The translations under genes and the position numbers were made by a program. Shown here one piece after another: positions 37,303 through 46,672 of a stretch of DNA of 64,000 nucleotides. The notes under the pieces are model-generated. The model did not search any database and was not told the DNA's origin. It saw only the letters and a list, made by a program, of their open reading frames with translations. This stretch comes from Candidatus Saccharicenans sp. (GTDB taxonomy: Bacteria > Acidobacteriota > Aminicenantia > Aminicenantales > Saccharicenantaceae). How positions within the stretch are numbered: position 1 is the first letter of the stretch; every line of letters begins with the position of its first letter. The DNA lies in NCBI GenBank assembly GCA_030017715.1, contig JASEIU010000001.1:782276-846275 (forward strand), read 5' to 3'.

Positions 37303-39945
37303 ATGATGAGCAGAGTTAAAGGCGCCCCGATGGCCGGGAGAATCATCCTGGCGGTGCTGTTCCTGCTGGCTCTGGGCCGGACAGGACTTGATTCGGCCGC
37401 TGTTCCGGAGGAAAGGGCCAACTATGAACTGGCCGCACGCTGGACCCCGGCCAGAGTGGCCAAGCTGGTCTTTGACCTGTCGGTTGAAGCCCGCTGGCTC
37501 AAGACCGGCGATCGTTTCTGGTACAGTTATGAAACGCCGCGGGGCAAGAGCTGGTACCTGGTGGACCCGGCTGCCCGCAGCCGCAGACCTCTTTTTGACA
37601 ACGCCCGGATGGCTGCCGACCTGACCAGGATTCTTCTGACTCCTTACGATGCCCAGCACCTGCCAATCAAGACCATAAAATTCGTCAAGAATGATACCGC
37701 CGTCCAGTTTGAGATTGAGGTACCTCTGGACAACGATATCTCCGTCGACGGCCAGGTGATGAAAGTCAGCGAGCTGGAAAAAAGGTTCCTCGAGCGCGAA
37801 AAAGAAAAAGAGAAAGAGCAAGACACCGAGATGGATAAAACCAGGGTGGAAAAAGAAAAACCAAAGGAGCCCGAGAAGAAAACCAGGATTCTCGGCTTTG
37901 AGTATGAACTTAGAGGCGGCCAGTTAACTCTGATCAAAGATTATCAGCCCAGGCCTAAAAGACCTCGCTGGGCTTCCATTTCTCCCGACCGGAAATGGGT
38001 AGTCTTCGCCCGCGACCATAATCTATTCATGATGGATGCCGATAATTACGCCCGGGCTCTGAAAAAAGCCGACGATAAAACCATCCAGGAAATCCAGTTG
38101 ACCACCGACGGCGAAGAATCTTACAGCTTCAGCCGCCGGCTCCGGGAAGAGGATATCAAGGAATTGCAGAAGGACGAGAAAGACCGGAAGGATTTCCGTC
38201 GGCCGGCGATAATGATTTTCTGGTCTCAGGATTCGAAAAAATTCGCCTGTATCCGGCAGGATGAAAGAAAAGTGGGAGAATTATGGGTGATCAACAGCCT
38301 GGCCAGCCCGCGGCCGATTCTGGAATCCTACAGATACGGAATGCCGGGAGAGGAGAATCAACCTCAGCCCGAGATCCTGGTGTTTGACCTGGCCAGCCGC
38401 GAACGGGTCAAGGTCAAAGCCGAGAAATTCAAGGACCCGACCTATAACATTTTTACCGCCCCGCGCCCGGCGGTGGTGGAAGACCCGGATGACCCGCCTG
38501 CGGTCACCTGGGTTTCGGAGACCTCAGACCGGCTGTATTTCGGCCGCCAGACCAGGGACCTTCACGGCTATGAAGTCTGCCTGGCCGACACCCGGAACGG
38601 CGAGGTCAGGACCATCATCAGCGAACGCCTGAACACCTACGTCGAATACCACCCGCTGCGGCTGATAAGAGGAGGCCGGGAGATAATCTGGTGGTCGGAA
38701 AGGGACGGCTGGGGACATTATTATCTTTATGACCGCGATGGCCGGCTCCTGCGCCAGATTACTTCCGGCGAATTTAATTGTCAGGAAGTGGTCGGAGTGG
38801 ACGAGAAAAACGGCTGGCTTTATTTCTCAGCCTGCGGGCGGGAGAAGGACCAGGACCCGTATTATGAACATCTTTACCGTGTCGGCCTGGACGGCACAGG
38901 CCTCAAGCTGCTGACCCCGGGCAACTTTAACCATTCCGTTTCCATGCCCGACTCGACTCGATTTTTTGTGGTCAATTACTCGCGGGTCGATGCCGTGCCA
39001 AAATCCGACCTGTACGATTCTGCGGGCAACAGGCTGCTGGAGCTGGAAACAGTGGAGGCCGGTAACCTCCTGGCGGCCGGATTTAAGTTTCCGGAGACCT
39101 TCACGGTTAAAGCCGCGGATGGAATTACCGACCTGTATGGAGTAATGTATAAGCCGTTTGATTTCGACCCGAACAAAAAGTATCCCATCATAGCCTATGT
39201 CTATCCAGGACCGCAGACAGAAAGCGTTTCCAAGAGCTTTGCTCCCAGGAACCAGAACGTTGCTCTGGCCCAGCTGGGTTTCGTGGTCATCGAGGTCGGA
39301 AACCGCGGCGGCAGTCCGATGCGCTCCAAGTGGTACCACAATTACGGTTACGGAAATCTGCGCGATTACGGACTGGCCGATAAGAAGGCGGCCATCGAAC
39401 AGCTGGCCGCCCGGCATCCCTTCATCGATATCAACAGGGTGGGAATCTACGGGCATTCCGGCGGAGGTTTTATGACGGCCGCCGCCCTGCTGGTTTATCC
39501 CGATTTTTTCAAGGTGGGAGTGTCCTCGTCGGGAAACCATGAGAACAACATCTACAACCGCTGGTGGAGCGAAAAGCATCACGGGGTGAAGGAAGTCGTG
39601 GATAAAGACGGCCAGGTTAAGTTTGAGTACAGCATCGAAAAAAACTCAGAACTGGCCCGGAATCTGAAGGGCCGTCTGCTCCTGGTCACGGGGGACATCG
39701 ATGACAACGTCCATCCGGCCAACACCTTACGCCTGGCCGCGGCCCTGATCAAGGCCGGAAAACGTTTTGACTTTTTCATCTTCCCCGGCCAGCGGCACGG
39801 CTACGGAGACATGAACGACTACTGGTTCTGGATAAAGGCTGATTATTTCGCCCGGCATCTGCTGGGCGATTTTTCGCAATCGGTCGACCTGGTGGAATTG
39901 CAACGGGAAAAGGAGCAGAGCGGGGATAAGAAAGCCGGCCGCTGA
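37303..39945 (+). CDS. S9B dipeptidyl-peptidase IV-like protein
   Basis: SERDGWGH, VYPGPQ, GHSGGG, DDNVH, GQRH. Confidence 0.92.
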   Translation: MMSRVKGAPMAGRIILAVLFLLALGRTGLDSAAVPEERANYELAARWTPARVAKLVFDLSVEARWLKTGDRFWYSYETPRGKSWYLVDPAARSRRPLFDNARMAADLTRILLTPYDAQHLPIKTIKFVKNDTAVQFEIEVPLDNDISVDGQVMKVSELEKRFLEREKEKEKEQDTEMDKTRVEKEKPKEPEKKTRILGFEYELRGGQLTLIKDYQPRPKRPRWASISPDRKWVVFARDHNLFMMDADNYARALKKADDKTIQEIQLTTDGEESYSFSRRLREEDIKELQKDEKDRKDFRRPAIMIFWSQDSKKFACIRQDERKVGELWVINSLASPRPILESYRYGMPGEENQPQPEILVFDLASRERVKVKAEKFKDPTYNIFTAPRPAVVEDPDDPPAVTWVSETSDRLYFGRQTRDLHGYEVCLADTRNGEVRTIISERLNTYVEYHPLRLIRGGREIIWWSERDGWGHYYLYDRDGRLLRQITSGEFNCQEVVGVDEKNGWLYFSACGREKDQDPYYEHLYRVGLDGTGLKLLTPGNFNHSVSMPDSTRFFVVNYSRVDAVPKSDLYDSAGNRLLELETVEAGNLLAAGFKFPETFTVKAADGITDLYGVMYKPFDFDPNKKYPIIAYVYPGPQTESVSKSFAPRNQNVALAQLGFVVIEVGNRGGSPMRSKWYHNYGYGNLRDYGLADKKAAIEQLAARHPFIDINRVGIYGHSGGGFMTAAALLVYPDFFKVGVSSSGNHENNIYNRWWSEKHHGVKEVVDKDGQVKFEYSIEKNSELARNLKGRLLLVTGDIDDNVHPANTLRLAAALIKAGKRFDFFIFPGQRHGYGDMNDYWFWIKADYFARHLLGDFSQSVDLVELQREKEQSGDKKAGR

Positions 39946-40040
39946 AACGAGGCTACCGCCCGGAAGGGCAGTTGGCGAGAAGATTTTTTCTGATAAAATG
40001 GTTTTCTGTATATCCGGCCTTAAAGACATAAGGAGGGAGA

Positions 40041-40592
40041 TTGATGACCCTGGATGAAATCATAAAACACCGGCGCAGCATACGTCGCTATGCGGAGCAG
40101 CCGGTGGAAAGGGAAAAAATCCTGGCCTGCCTGGAGGCGGCCCGACTGGCTCCTTCAGCCCATAACTCCCAGCCCTGGCGGTTTCTGGTGATAGACGAAC
40201 CGGAGTTAAAGAACCGGGTGGCCGAAAAGGCTTTTTCCGGCCTCTATTCTTCCTGCCGATTTGCGGCCCGGGCTCCGGTGCTGGTTCTGCTGCTGGCCAA
40301 GAAGGATTTAATGGCCAACGGGCTGGGGAGAATGGTCCAGGGGACGCAATTCTATCTGCTGGACCTGGGGATTGCCGGCGAACATTTCGTGCTGAAGGCA
40401 GAAGAACTTGGATTGAGCACCTGCTGGCTCGGCTGGTTCAACATCAGGGGCGTTCGGAAGATCTTGAAAATGCCGCGGCGCTACCGGCCGGTGGCCATAA
40501 TCTCACTGGGCTATGCTGCCAGCCGCCCGCCCGGAGACCATGTCAGGAAAAGGCTGGAGGAAATCGCCTGGTTCAACCGGATTGGAGGCTGA
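40041..40592 (+). CDS. Nitroreductase family protein
   Basis: RRSIRRY, APSAHNSQPWRF, GLSTCWLG. Confidence 0.92.
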   Translation: MMTLDEIIKHRRSIRRYAEQPVEREKILACLEAARLAPSAHNSQPWRFLVIDEPELKNRVAEKAFSGLYSSCRFAARAPVLVLLLAKKDLMANGLGRMVQGTQFYLLDLGIAGEHFVLKAEELGLSTCWLGWFNIRGVRKILKMPRRYRPVAIISLGYAASRPPGDHVRKRLEEIAWFNRIGG

Positions 40593-40657
40593 AGGCTTTT
40601 CTGGTTCCCGGGTATGCATCCGGCGGCGACAAACGGCCTGGTGAATAGACCCGACTG

Positions 40658-41833
40658 ATGAGGAGAAAGGACTTGATAATTTTTCTGCTGATTGTCCTTC
40701 TTATTTACGGCTCAATTAACGGTTACATCTTATGGCGCGGACTTCAGGCTCTGTCGGGGTCGGGTCCGGCCCGGTTGATTTTCAGCCTGCTTTTTCTGGG
40801 CTCGGTCCTGGCCTTTCCGCTGGGACGAATCCTTAATGTCAGGCTCCATTCGCACCTGACCGAAGGCCTGATCTCTCTGGGCTCCTACCACCTGGCGCTG
40901 ATGCTCTATCTTTTCCTGCTGCTATTCATAAAAGATATGATTCGCCTGGCCGGGAAGCTGGCCGGCTGGCCGGCGGCAGAATCGGGCTGGCTGTCGGTCA
41001 GGCATCCGGCCTCTTTCCTGGTCATCGTGGGTCTGTCGCTTCTGGTGATGGTGGCCGGTCATCTCAACGCCATAAACACCAGGATTAAGGTCCTGGAACT
41101 AAATATAAATAAAAAAGTCCCGGCCGGGTCCGAGCTCCGGGCCGTGTTAATATCAGACATCCACCTGGGAATTATCAACCGCTCCGGCCGCCTGGAAAAA
41201 ATTGTCAGGCAGGTCAACCGGCTCCGTCCCGACGTAGTCTTTTTTGCCGGGGATATAGTTGACGAGGGGGTTTCACTGGAAGAAGAAGAGAAAATGGTCG
41301 GTTTGCTGAGAAAGATAGAAGCCCCTCTCGGCCTGTATGCCTGCCCAGGTAATCACGAGTACTATGGAGGCTTTGAGCGGAACATATCTTACCTGGAGAA
41401 AGCCGGCCTGAAGGTTCTGCTGGACAGGGCAGTCCGGATAGAGGGCTGGTTATATGTTATCGGCAGAAAAGACTGGGCGGCTCTGCGCTCCGGGCAGAAG
41501 AGACTGTCGCTCCGGGAAATCATGGACCGGGACGGCGTTGACCTGACCTGGCCGGTGGTGGTGCTGGACCATCAACCGCTTTATCTCCAGGAACCGGCTG
41601 AAGCCGGGGTGGACCTGCAGCTTTCCGGCCATACCCATGCCGGACAGTTGTTTCCGCTGGATATCATCAACAGACTGGTTTACGAGAAAAACTGGGGCTA
41701 CCTGAAGAAGGGGCCGACCCATATCTATGTTTCCTCGGGTTCAGGGACATGGGGGCCGGCGGTCCGGACCGGCAGCCGCTCGGAAATCATCCTGCTCAGG
41801 CTCAGGTTCGAGGGCGAGGGCCGGGAGAAATAG
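40658..41833 (+). CDS. Membrane-anchored metallophosphoesterase (YkuE-like)
   Basis: N-terminal TMs; SDIH, GDIVD, GNHE, HQP, SGHTH. Confidence 0.9.
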   Translation: MRRKDLIIFLLIVLLIYGSINGYILWRGLQALSGSGPARLIFSLLFLGSVLAFPLGRILNVRLHSHLTEGLISLGSYHLALMLYLFLLLFIKDMIRLAGKLAGWPAAESGWLSVRHPASFLVIVGLSLLVMVAGHLNAINTRIKVLELNINKKVPAGSELRAVLISDIHLGIINRSGRLEKIVRQVNRLRPDVVFFAGDIVDEGVSLEEEEKMVGLLRKIEAPLGLYACPGNHEYYGGFERNISYLEKAGLKVLLDRAVRIEGWLYVIGRKDWAALRSGQKRLSLREIMDRDGVDLTWPVVVLDHQPLYLQEPAEAGVDLQLSGHTHAGQLFPLDIINRLVYEKNWGYLKKGPTHIYVSSGSGTWGPAVRTGSRSEIILLRLRFEGEGREK

Positions 41834-41883
41834 CGGCTGGCGGCTTCCGGGGCCGAACTTAAAATAAAAAGCTTCCGTAAGAC

Positions 41884-42429
41884 CTATCTCTTTCCTGCCC
41901 TGCCGGCATCGTAACGCTTGATGACCTCATCGGTTATGTCCAGCTCAGGTTTGTAATGAATCAGGCCGGAGGTGCTGAGGTCAAAGACCAGCTCGTAGCC
42001 TCTTTCCCTGATCAGCTCGTCTATTACGGCCAGCATTTCCTCCCGGATTCTTTTTATCAACTGGCTTTTGAATTGCTCGAAATTGCGGCTGTTTTCCTGT
42101 TCGTATTTCTGACGGTCGGCTTCTTTGCGGTCTATTTCCTGCTGCAGCTCCTTCCGGGCTTCGGGATTAAGAGTCAGGCTCTGGCTGTCCAGTTTCTGTT
42201 TCAGAGCCTTGATTTCCTCATCCATTTTTTTAAGTTCGGTTTTAAGCAGCTCTTCTCTTTCCTGAAGAATGGCCACCGCTTTTTTGCCTTCCAGCGACTG
42301 GTCGAAGGCTTTCTGCGAGTTCACAATGGCCACCTTTACCTGGCTCAGGGCCCGGGCCGGGAGCCAGACGGCGACGACCGACAGCATAAGAATTAGAGTC
42401 AGCTTTCTGAAAAAGCCTGAGTTTTTCAT
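41884..42429 (-). CDS. OmpH/Skp family periplasmic chaperone
   Basis: Signal peptide, KVAIVN, coiled coil, GYELVFD...DITDEVIK. Confidence 0.9.
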   Translation of the reverse strand: MKNSGFFRKLTLILMLSVVAVWLPARALSQVKVAIVNSQKAFDQSLEGKKAVAILQEREELLKTELKKMDEEIKALKQKLDSQSLTLNPEARKELQQEIDRKEADRQKYEQENSRNFEQFKSQLIKRIREEMLAVIDELIRERGYELVFDLSTSGLIHYKPELDITDEVIKRYDAGRAGKR

Positions 42430-42461
42430 CGTATACCTCCTTGAGGCCGGAATCCTCAGAC

Positions 42462-43571
42462 TCAGAGGGCAGAGATCACTTCAGCCACCCTGTACAGGGC
42501 TTTCTCCAGATAATCCCGGCTGGAGCCGTAACCGAAACGCAGATGCTGGTCCAGCTCGAAATGGTCTCCGGGGACCAGGAGCACGCTCTTTTCCTTGAGG
42601 ATTTTCTCCACCAGCTCGGTGGAATTGACCTGGAGATTGTAACGGGCAAAAAGGATGGCTCCGGCCTGAGGGGGAAGATAACTGAACAGGCCGTTAAAGC
42701 TGTTCAGCCAGTTTTCCAGAGCCGGCAGATTGCCGTTCAGTATGTCCCTGGTTCTTTTCAGTATTTTTTGCCGTCTTTCCGGCTCCAGCACCCTGGTCGC
42801 CAGGTGGTCGGTCAGGGCCGAAACCGAAATCGTGGTGTAATCGTGGTAGGTCCAGATTTTTCTGACCAGTTCCGTCGGTCCGGCCAGCCAGCCCAGCCTC
42901 AAGCCTGGCAGGCCGTAAGCTTTTGATAAACCGGCTACCACGACCACCCGTTCGTAGCTTCCCCAGAAGGATGGTGTTTCCAGACCGTTTCGTTCAGCTC
43001 CCCGGTAGACTTCGTCCACCAGCAGCCAGGCCCCGACCTTTTCGGCTTGCCTGACGATTTCCTCTCTTACCTCGCGGCTGAGGATGGACCCGGTCGGGTT
43101 GTTGGGATTGGTCAGGATGATGAGCCTGGTGTTGCCGTTGACCAGCTTTCTGAGGTCGTCCGGGTCGGGCTGCCAGCCCAGCTCCGGCCGCAGCCAGAGC
43201 GGCTTGACCCGGGCCCCAAAGCTCCGGCAGAGGCCCCACATCTGCATGTAATTGGGCAACTCAAACACCACTTCGTCGCCCGGTTCCAGCAGCGACCACA
43301 TCAGCAGGAAATTGGCTTCTGAGGACCCGGCACTGACCATGATCTGTTCCGGGTCCATTCCAGGATAAAGCCGGGCTATATTTTCCCGGAGCCGGGGGGT
43401 GCCGTTGGTCTGAGTGTAGCCGATTTCTACCCGGGCCAGCTCTTCCAGCTCGTCGGGCAGAAGAAGCTCTTTCAGGTTTAGCGGGTGGACGCCGCTCTCT
43501 GACAGGTTGTAGTCCACCACATTCTCCCAGAGCGATTGCATTCTTTCCATTTTGAAGATTTCAATTTTCAC
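42462..43571 (-). CDS. Class I/II PLP-dependent aminotransferase
   Basis: NPNNPTG, DEVY, SKAYGLPGLRLGW. Confidence 0.92.
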   Translation of the reverse strand: MKIEIFKMERMQSLWENVVDYNLSESGVHPLNLKELLLPDELEELARVEIGYTQTNGTPRLRENIARLYPGMDPEQIMVSAGSSEANFLLMWSLLEPGDEVVFELPNYMQMWGLCRSFGARVKPLWLRPELGWQPDPDDLRKLVNGNTRLIILTNPNNPTGSILSREVREEIVRQAEKVGAWLLVDEVYRGAERNGLETPSFWGSYERVVVVAGLSKAYGLPGLRLGWLAGPTELVRKIWTYHDYTTISVSALTDHLATRVLEPERRQKILKRTRDILNGNLPALENWLNSFNGLFSYLPPQAGAILFARYNLQVNSTELVEKILKEKSVLLVPGDHFELDQHLRFGYGSSRDYLEKALYRVAEVISAL

Positions 43572-43596
43572 GATGCCATCCTTTTATTTAATATTA

Positions 43597-44427
43597 TTAG
43601 ATTTCCACCCGGAACAGGCCTTTCAGGGCCAGGCCCAGTATGACCGAGAGCAGGAAATAGGCCAGAAGCCAGTGCAGACCGATTCCCGCCAGGCTGAGCC
43701 TCTGCGGCTGCAGGTTCAGTTCTATGCGCTTCAGCAGTGAATCGGCTGGTAACGGTTTTTCCCCGGGATAGGGAAGTTCCTGCCAGAGGTTCCTTTTTAC
43801 CCTGACTGCGGAAACTCTGGACAACCGGCTTTTCCCGGCCGGAATCTGTTTCTGGTACCTTTCACCGTTAACCTGGATGACCAGCGGTTCCCGCACAGGC
43901 CCGGTAACTTTCAGCCTCCAGGCCACTTGGCCCTCGTCGAGGATTCTGACCGGCGGGGTTTCAACGAGCAGTCCGTCGGGCGCTTCCAGGTCCAGGTTCA
44001 ATCGTTCCAGGTCCACAGTTTTAATAAAACTGGCTTTGACCAGAAAAGTTTCACCGGGGCGGGGAGGTTGTGAGGCAAACCAGAGGTTGAGCTGAGCCAG
44101 AATCAGAAAGATCGGCCATATCATGACCAGCAGAGGTTTGAGGTTATAGAGCAGGTATTGAAGGTTGGCCGAAAGCAGCTCTTTCTGGCTCTGGAGCTGG
44201 GTGCGCATATCGTTCTGAAAAAGCCTGATTTCCAGCAAGCTGGCTTTGAGGCGATTTTTAACCCGTCTGATCCCTTGCTGGTTGGATATCTTCTTATAGA
44301 TAAACAGCATCAACAGTGCGGTCAGAAGGGAGATCACCAGCATGGCCACCCAGGGAGGCAGGGATGAAAAGGGCAGGAAGAGAAGGTTAATCAGACTGCC
44401 GACCGCCTTGTTAAGCCACCAGACCAT
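43597..44427 (-). CDS. Membrane protein resembling DUF106/EMC3/TMCO1 (Oxa1 superfamily) with inserted soluble domain
   Basis: Amphipathic helix-TM1 (PWVAMLVISLLTALL)-coiled coil (SNQQGI...QKELL)-TM2 (LKPLLVMIWPIFLIL)-about 125 aa insert-TM3 (W..AYFLLS....ALK). Confidence 0.6.
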   Translation of the reverse strand: MVWWLNKAVGSLINLLFLPFSSLPPWVAMLVISLLTALLMLFIYKKISNQQGIRRVKNRLKASLLEIRLFQNDMRTQLQSQKELLSANLQYLLYNLKPLLVMIWPIFLILAQLNLWFASQPPRPGETFLVKASFIKTVDLERLNLDLEAPDGLLVETPPVRILDEGQVAWRLKVTGPVREPLVIQVNGERYQKQIPAGKSRLSRVSAVRVKRNLWQELPYPGEKPLPADSLLKRIELNLQPQRLSLAGIGLHWLLAYFLLSVILGLALKGLFRVEI

Positions 44428-44447
44428 GGTTCCCGGTACCGCCGGCC

Positions 44448-44639
44448 TCAGGAAATATAGCCCAGGCCCTTCAGCCTTTTCTTGATTTCTTCCTCCGAAT
44501 CGGCGCCCTCGAACCTGGCCACTTCTTTTTCCAGGACGTGAACGATGAATTCTTCGGGCGAACTGTAGCCAGCCGCTTCGGCGATCTTTTCGAGTTTTTG
44601 GTAAAGCTCTTTTTCCAGCTTGATTTTGACCTTGCCCAT
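44448..44639 (-). CDS. Small CopG/RHH-like protein with C-terminal RLxxLGY motif
   Basis: AAGGAG RBS; beta-strand KVKIKL, helix, GYSS.EEFI.HVLE, then EEEIKKRLKGLGYIS. Confidence 0.8.
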   Translation of the reverse strand: MGKVKIKLEKELYQKLEKIAEAAGYSSPEEFIVHVLEKEVARFEGADSEEEIKKRLKGLGYIS

Positions 44640-44671
44640 GGTTTATCTCCTTTTCTGAGCCTCAGCCCGGC

Positions 44672-46672
44672 TTAAAATACCGGCCGGCCGGTGACTTCAG
44701 GTGGAATTTTAATCCCGAACAGCGATAGAATGCCAGCGGTTACGTCTTCCAGGGCCGGCGACTCCAGTCGGGCCGGACGGCCGGCCAGCAGCACCCCTGG
44801 AATCAGGTCGGGGGAGGTCATGTGGTCGCCGCTCCATTTCTGGGGGTTAGATTCGATCAACTCCCGCGGGAAACTGCCCAGGGGAGAGTTCCAGGAAATT
44901 CGATAGTTGCGATTAAAACCCAGAATAATGTCGGGAGCCTCGGCCAGGTAAGCTCCGCTGTAAACCTCGGAGGGGAGGTAAGCTTTAAGAATTACTCGTT
45001 CTCCGGTCAGAGGGTCGGTTACCTGTTCCAGCTTGTAAGCCAGTTCCCGGAGCAGTGCCTCTTTTTCTTCCGGTCTGACCAGACCCTGGGCTTCCCTTCC
45101 TTTCAGATTCAGATAAAGGGCATTGAGCCCGACGCCATAGGCTCTGGTTCTTGACCAGTCTGTCGCCTGGAAGAGCGAAACCTCCTCCGGCCTGGTTCCC
45201 GGGCGCAGGACATGGTAGCCGTTTCGGAGCAACCAGGTATTGAGGTTAAAGCCGCGGCGGAAGGGACAGAAGCCGTGGTCGGACATGACCACGATGACCG
45301 TGTTCCGGTCGACCTTTTCCATGGCCAGCTGCAGGGCTCGGTCCATATCCCGATAAGTCTGCAGGATGACCCGGCCGAATTCGGCCGCCAGCTTCTCGTC
45401 ATAAGCCGGGTGGTCCCGGTCTATCAAACGGAAGAACATGTGCTGGCGCTGGTCGGCATTGGAAAAATAGAAGAAGAGCAGGCCCGAGCGAAAGTTTTTC
45501 AGCTCTTCTTCCAGCATGGCCATTGATTCCTGATAGACGATTTCGTCCTGGGCCAGGAACTCTTTTTCATCCAGGACATCATTTTCCAGGGCGGCGGTAT
45601 CGGCCGGCAGTCCCTTGGTGAAAAACGGCCCGAATTTTTTGGCCAGCTCCCGGGAATAACTTTCCGGGGTGCTGAGCGGCAGGGCCGGGTCGGAGGGGTC
45701 GATATTAACCGGGCTGACGTAGAGCTTGAATTTTGGCCGGACTTCCTTCAGGTAAAACATGCATACCCCGCTGACGCTCTGGAAAGGGATGAACTCAAAC
45801 CTGATTTTCTTCCAGCCGCTCCATTCTTTTTCTCTCAGGATGAATTCCTGGTCCTGATAGGAAATCTTGGCCACCGGATTGACCGGGTCGATGAAAACCT
45901 TGAAGTCGACAAAGGTCTCCGGGTGACCACGCTTGAAGGGGTTGTTGGGCCCGGGGATACGGGCTTCTACCCGGTGGCCGATAACATAGACGTCATGCAC
46001 CCGGCCGCCCCCGCCATATTCTTCGGTTACGGTCTTGTATTCATTGGTGTAGTAATTGAAAAGCCCGTAATAGCCTTTGAGGTCCGGAGTCCCCATGCCC
46101 GAAAATGTTCGCTGCCTGGTTTCAACCGGCGGATAGTTGGAAGGAATCTTAAAAACGGTGGCCGGAATATCGTAATCTTCCAGAATCTGCCAGAAAGCCC
46201 GACCCCGGCGCAGATTCCTGATTTCGCCTCCGGAAAGCGGAATGTTCAAACTGCCGAGTCTGAGGTTATGTTTGGCCGGAAGGCTTTCTGAAGCCGAAAA
46301 AACCGGCAGGTAGGTCTTCGGGTCGCGATGGACAAAATCGAAGATGGCGTGACCGCCGGGATTGGTTCCGGTGATGAAGTTGGCCCAGGCCACCGGGCTC
46401 TGGGGCGGAAGGCTGGAGCGCAACGGCCGGTAAGTTCCGGCGGCCGCCAGTTTCCGGAAATGGGGGAGCTGGCCGTCTTCCAGAAAGCGGTTGAGGAGAA
46501 CGGTGTCCAGACCGTCCATTCCCAGCACCAGAACCTTCAGCCCGGTTTCTTTTCTGCCGGCGGTCCTGAGAAAAGCCCGGCCCGGGGTGAGCATCAGGCC
46601 GGCGGATGTTCCCAGCACCATCTGCAGGAATTCCCGCCGTTTCAGAATTTCATCATTTTTTCTTCCGGCCAT
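44672..46672 (-). CDS. AlkP-superfamily (COG3379-like) phosphodiesterase/transferase, Tat signal
   Basis: KRREFL; LGMDGLD, PPQSPVAW, D.RQH, SDHGF, DWSRTRAY, SGDH. Confidence 0.85.
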   Translation of the reverse strand: MAGRKNDEILKRREFLQMVLGTSAGLMLTPGRAFLRTAGRKETGLKVLVLGMDGLDTVLLNRFLEDGQLPHFRKLAAAGTYRPLRSSLPPQSPVAWANFITGTNPGGHAIFDFVHRDPKTYLPVFSASESLPAKHNLRLGSLNIPLSGGEIRNLRRGRAFWQILEDYDIPATVFKIPSNYPPVETRQRTFSGMGTPDLKGYYGLFNYYTNEYKTVTEEYGGGGRVHDVYVIGHRVEARIPGPNNPFKRGHPETFVDFKVFIDPVNPVAKISYQDQEFILREKEWSGWKKIRFEFIPFQSVSGVCMFYLKEVRPKFKLYVSPVNIDPSDPALPLSTPESYSRELAKKFGPFFTKGLPADTAALENDVLDEKEFLAQDEIVYQESMAMLEEELKNFRSGLLFFYFSNADQRQHMFFRLIDRDHPAYDEKLAAEFGRVILQTYRDMDRALQLAMEKVDRNTVIVVMSDHGFCPFRRGFNLNTWLLRNGYHVLRPGTRPEEVSLFQATDWSRTRAYGVGLNALYLNLKGREAQGLVRPEEKEALLRELAYKLEQVTDPLTGERVILKAYLPSEVYSGAYLAEAPDIILGFNRNYRISWNSPLGSFPRELIESNPQKWSGDHMTSPDLIPGVLLAGRPARLESPALEDVTAGILSLFGIKIPPEVTGRPVF

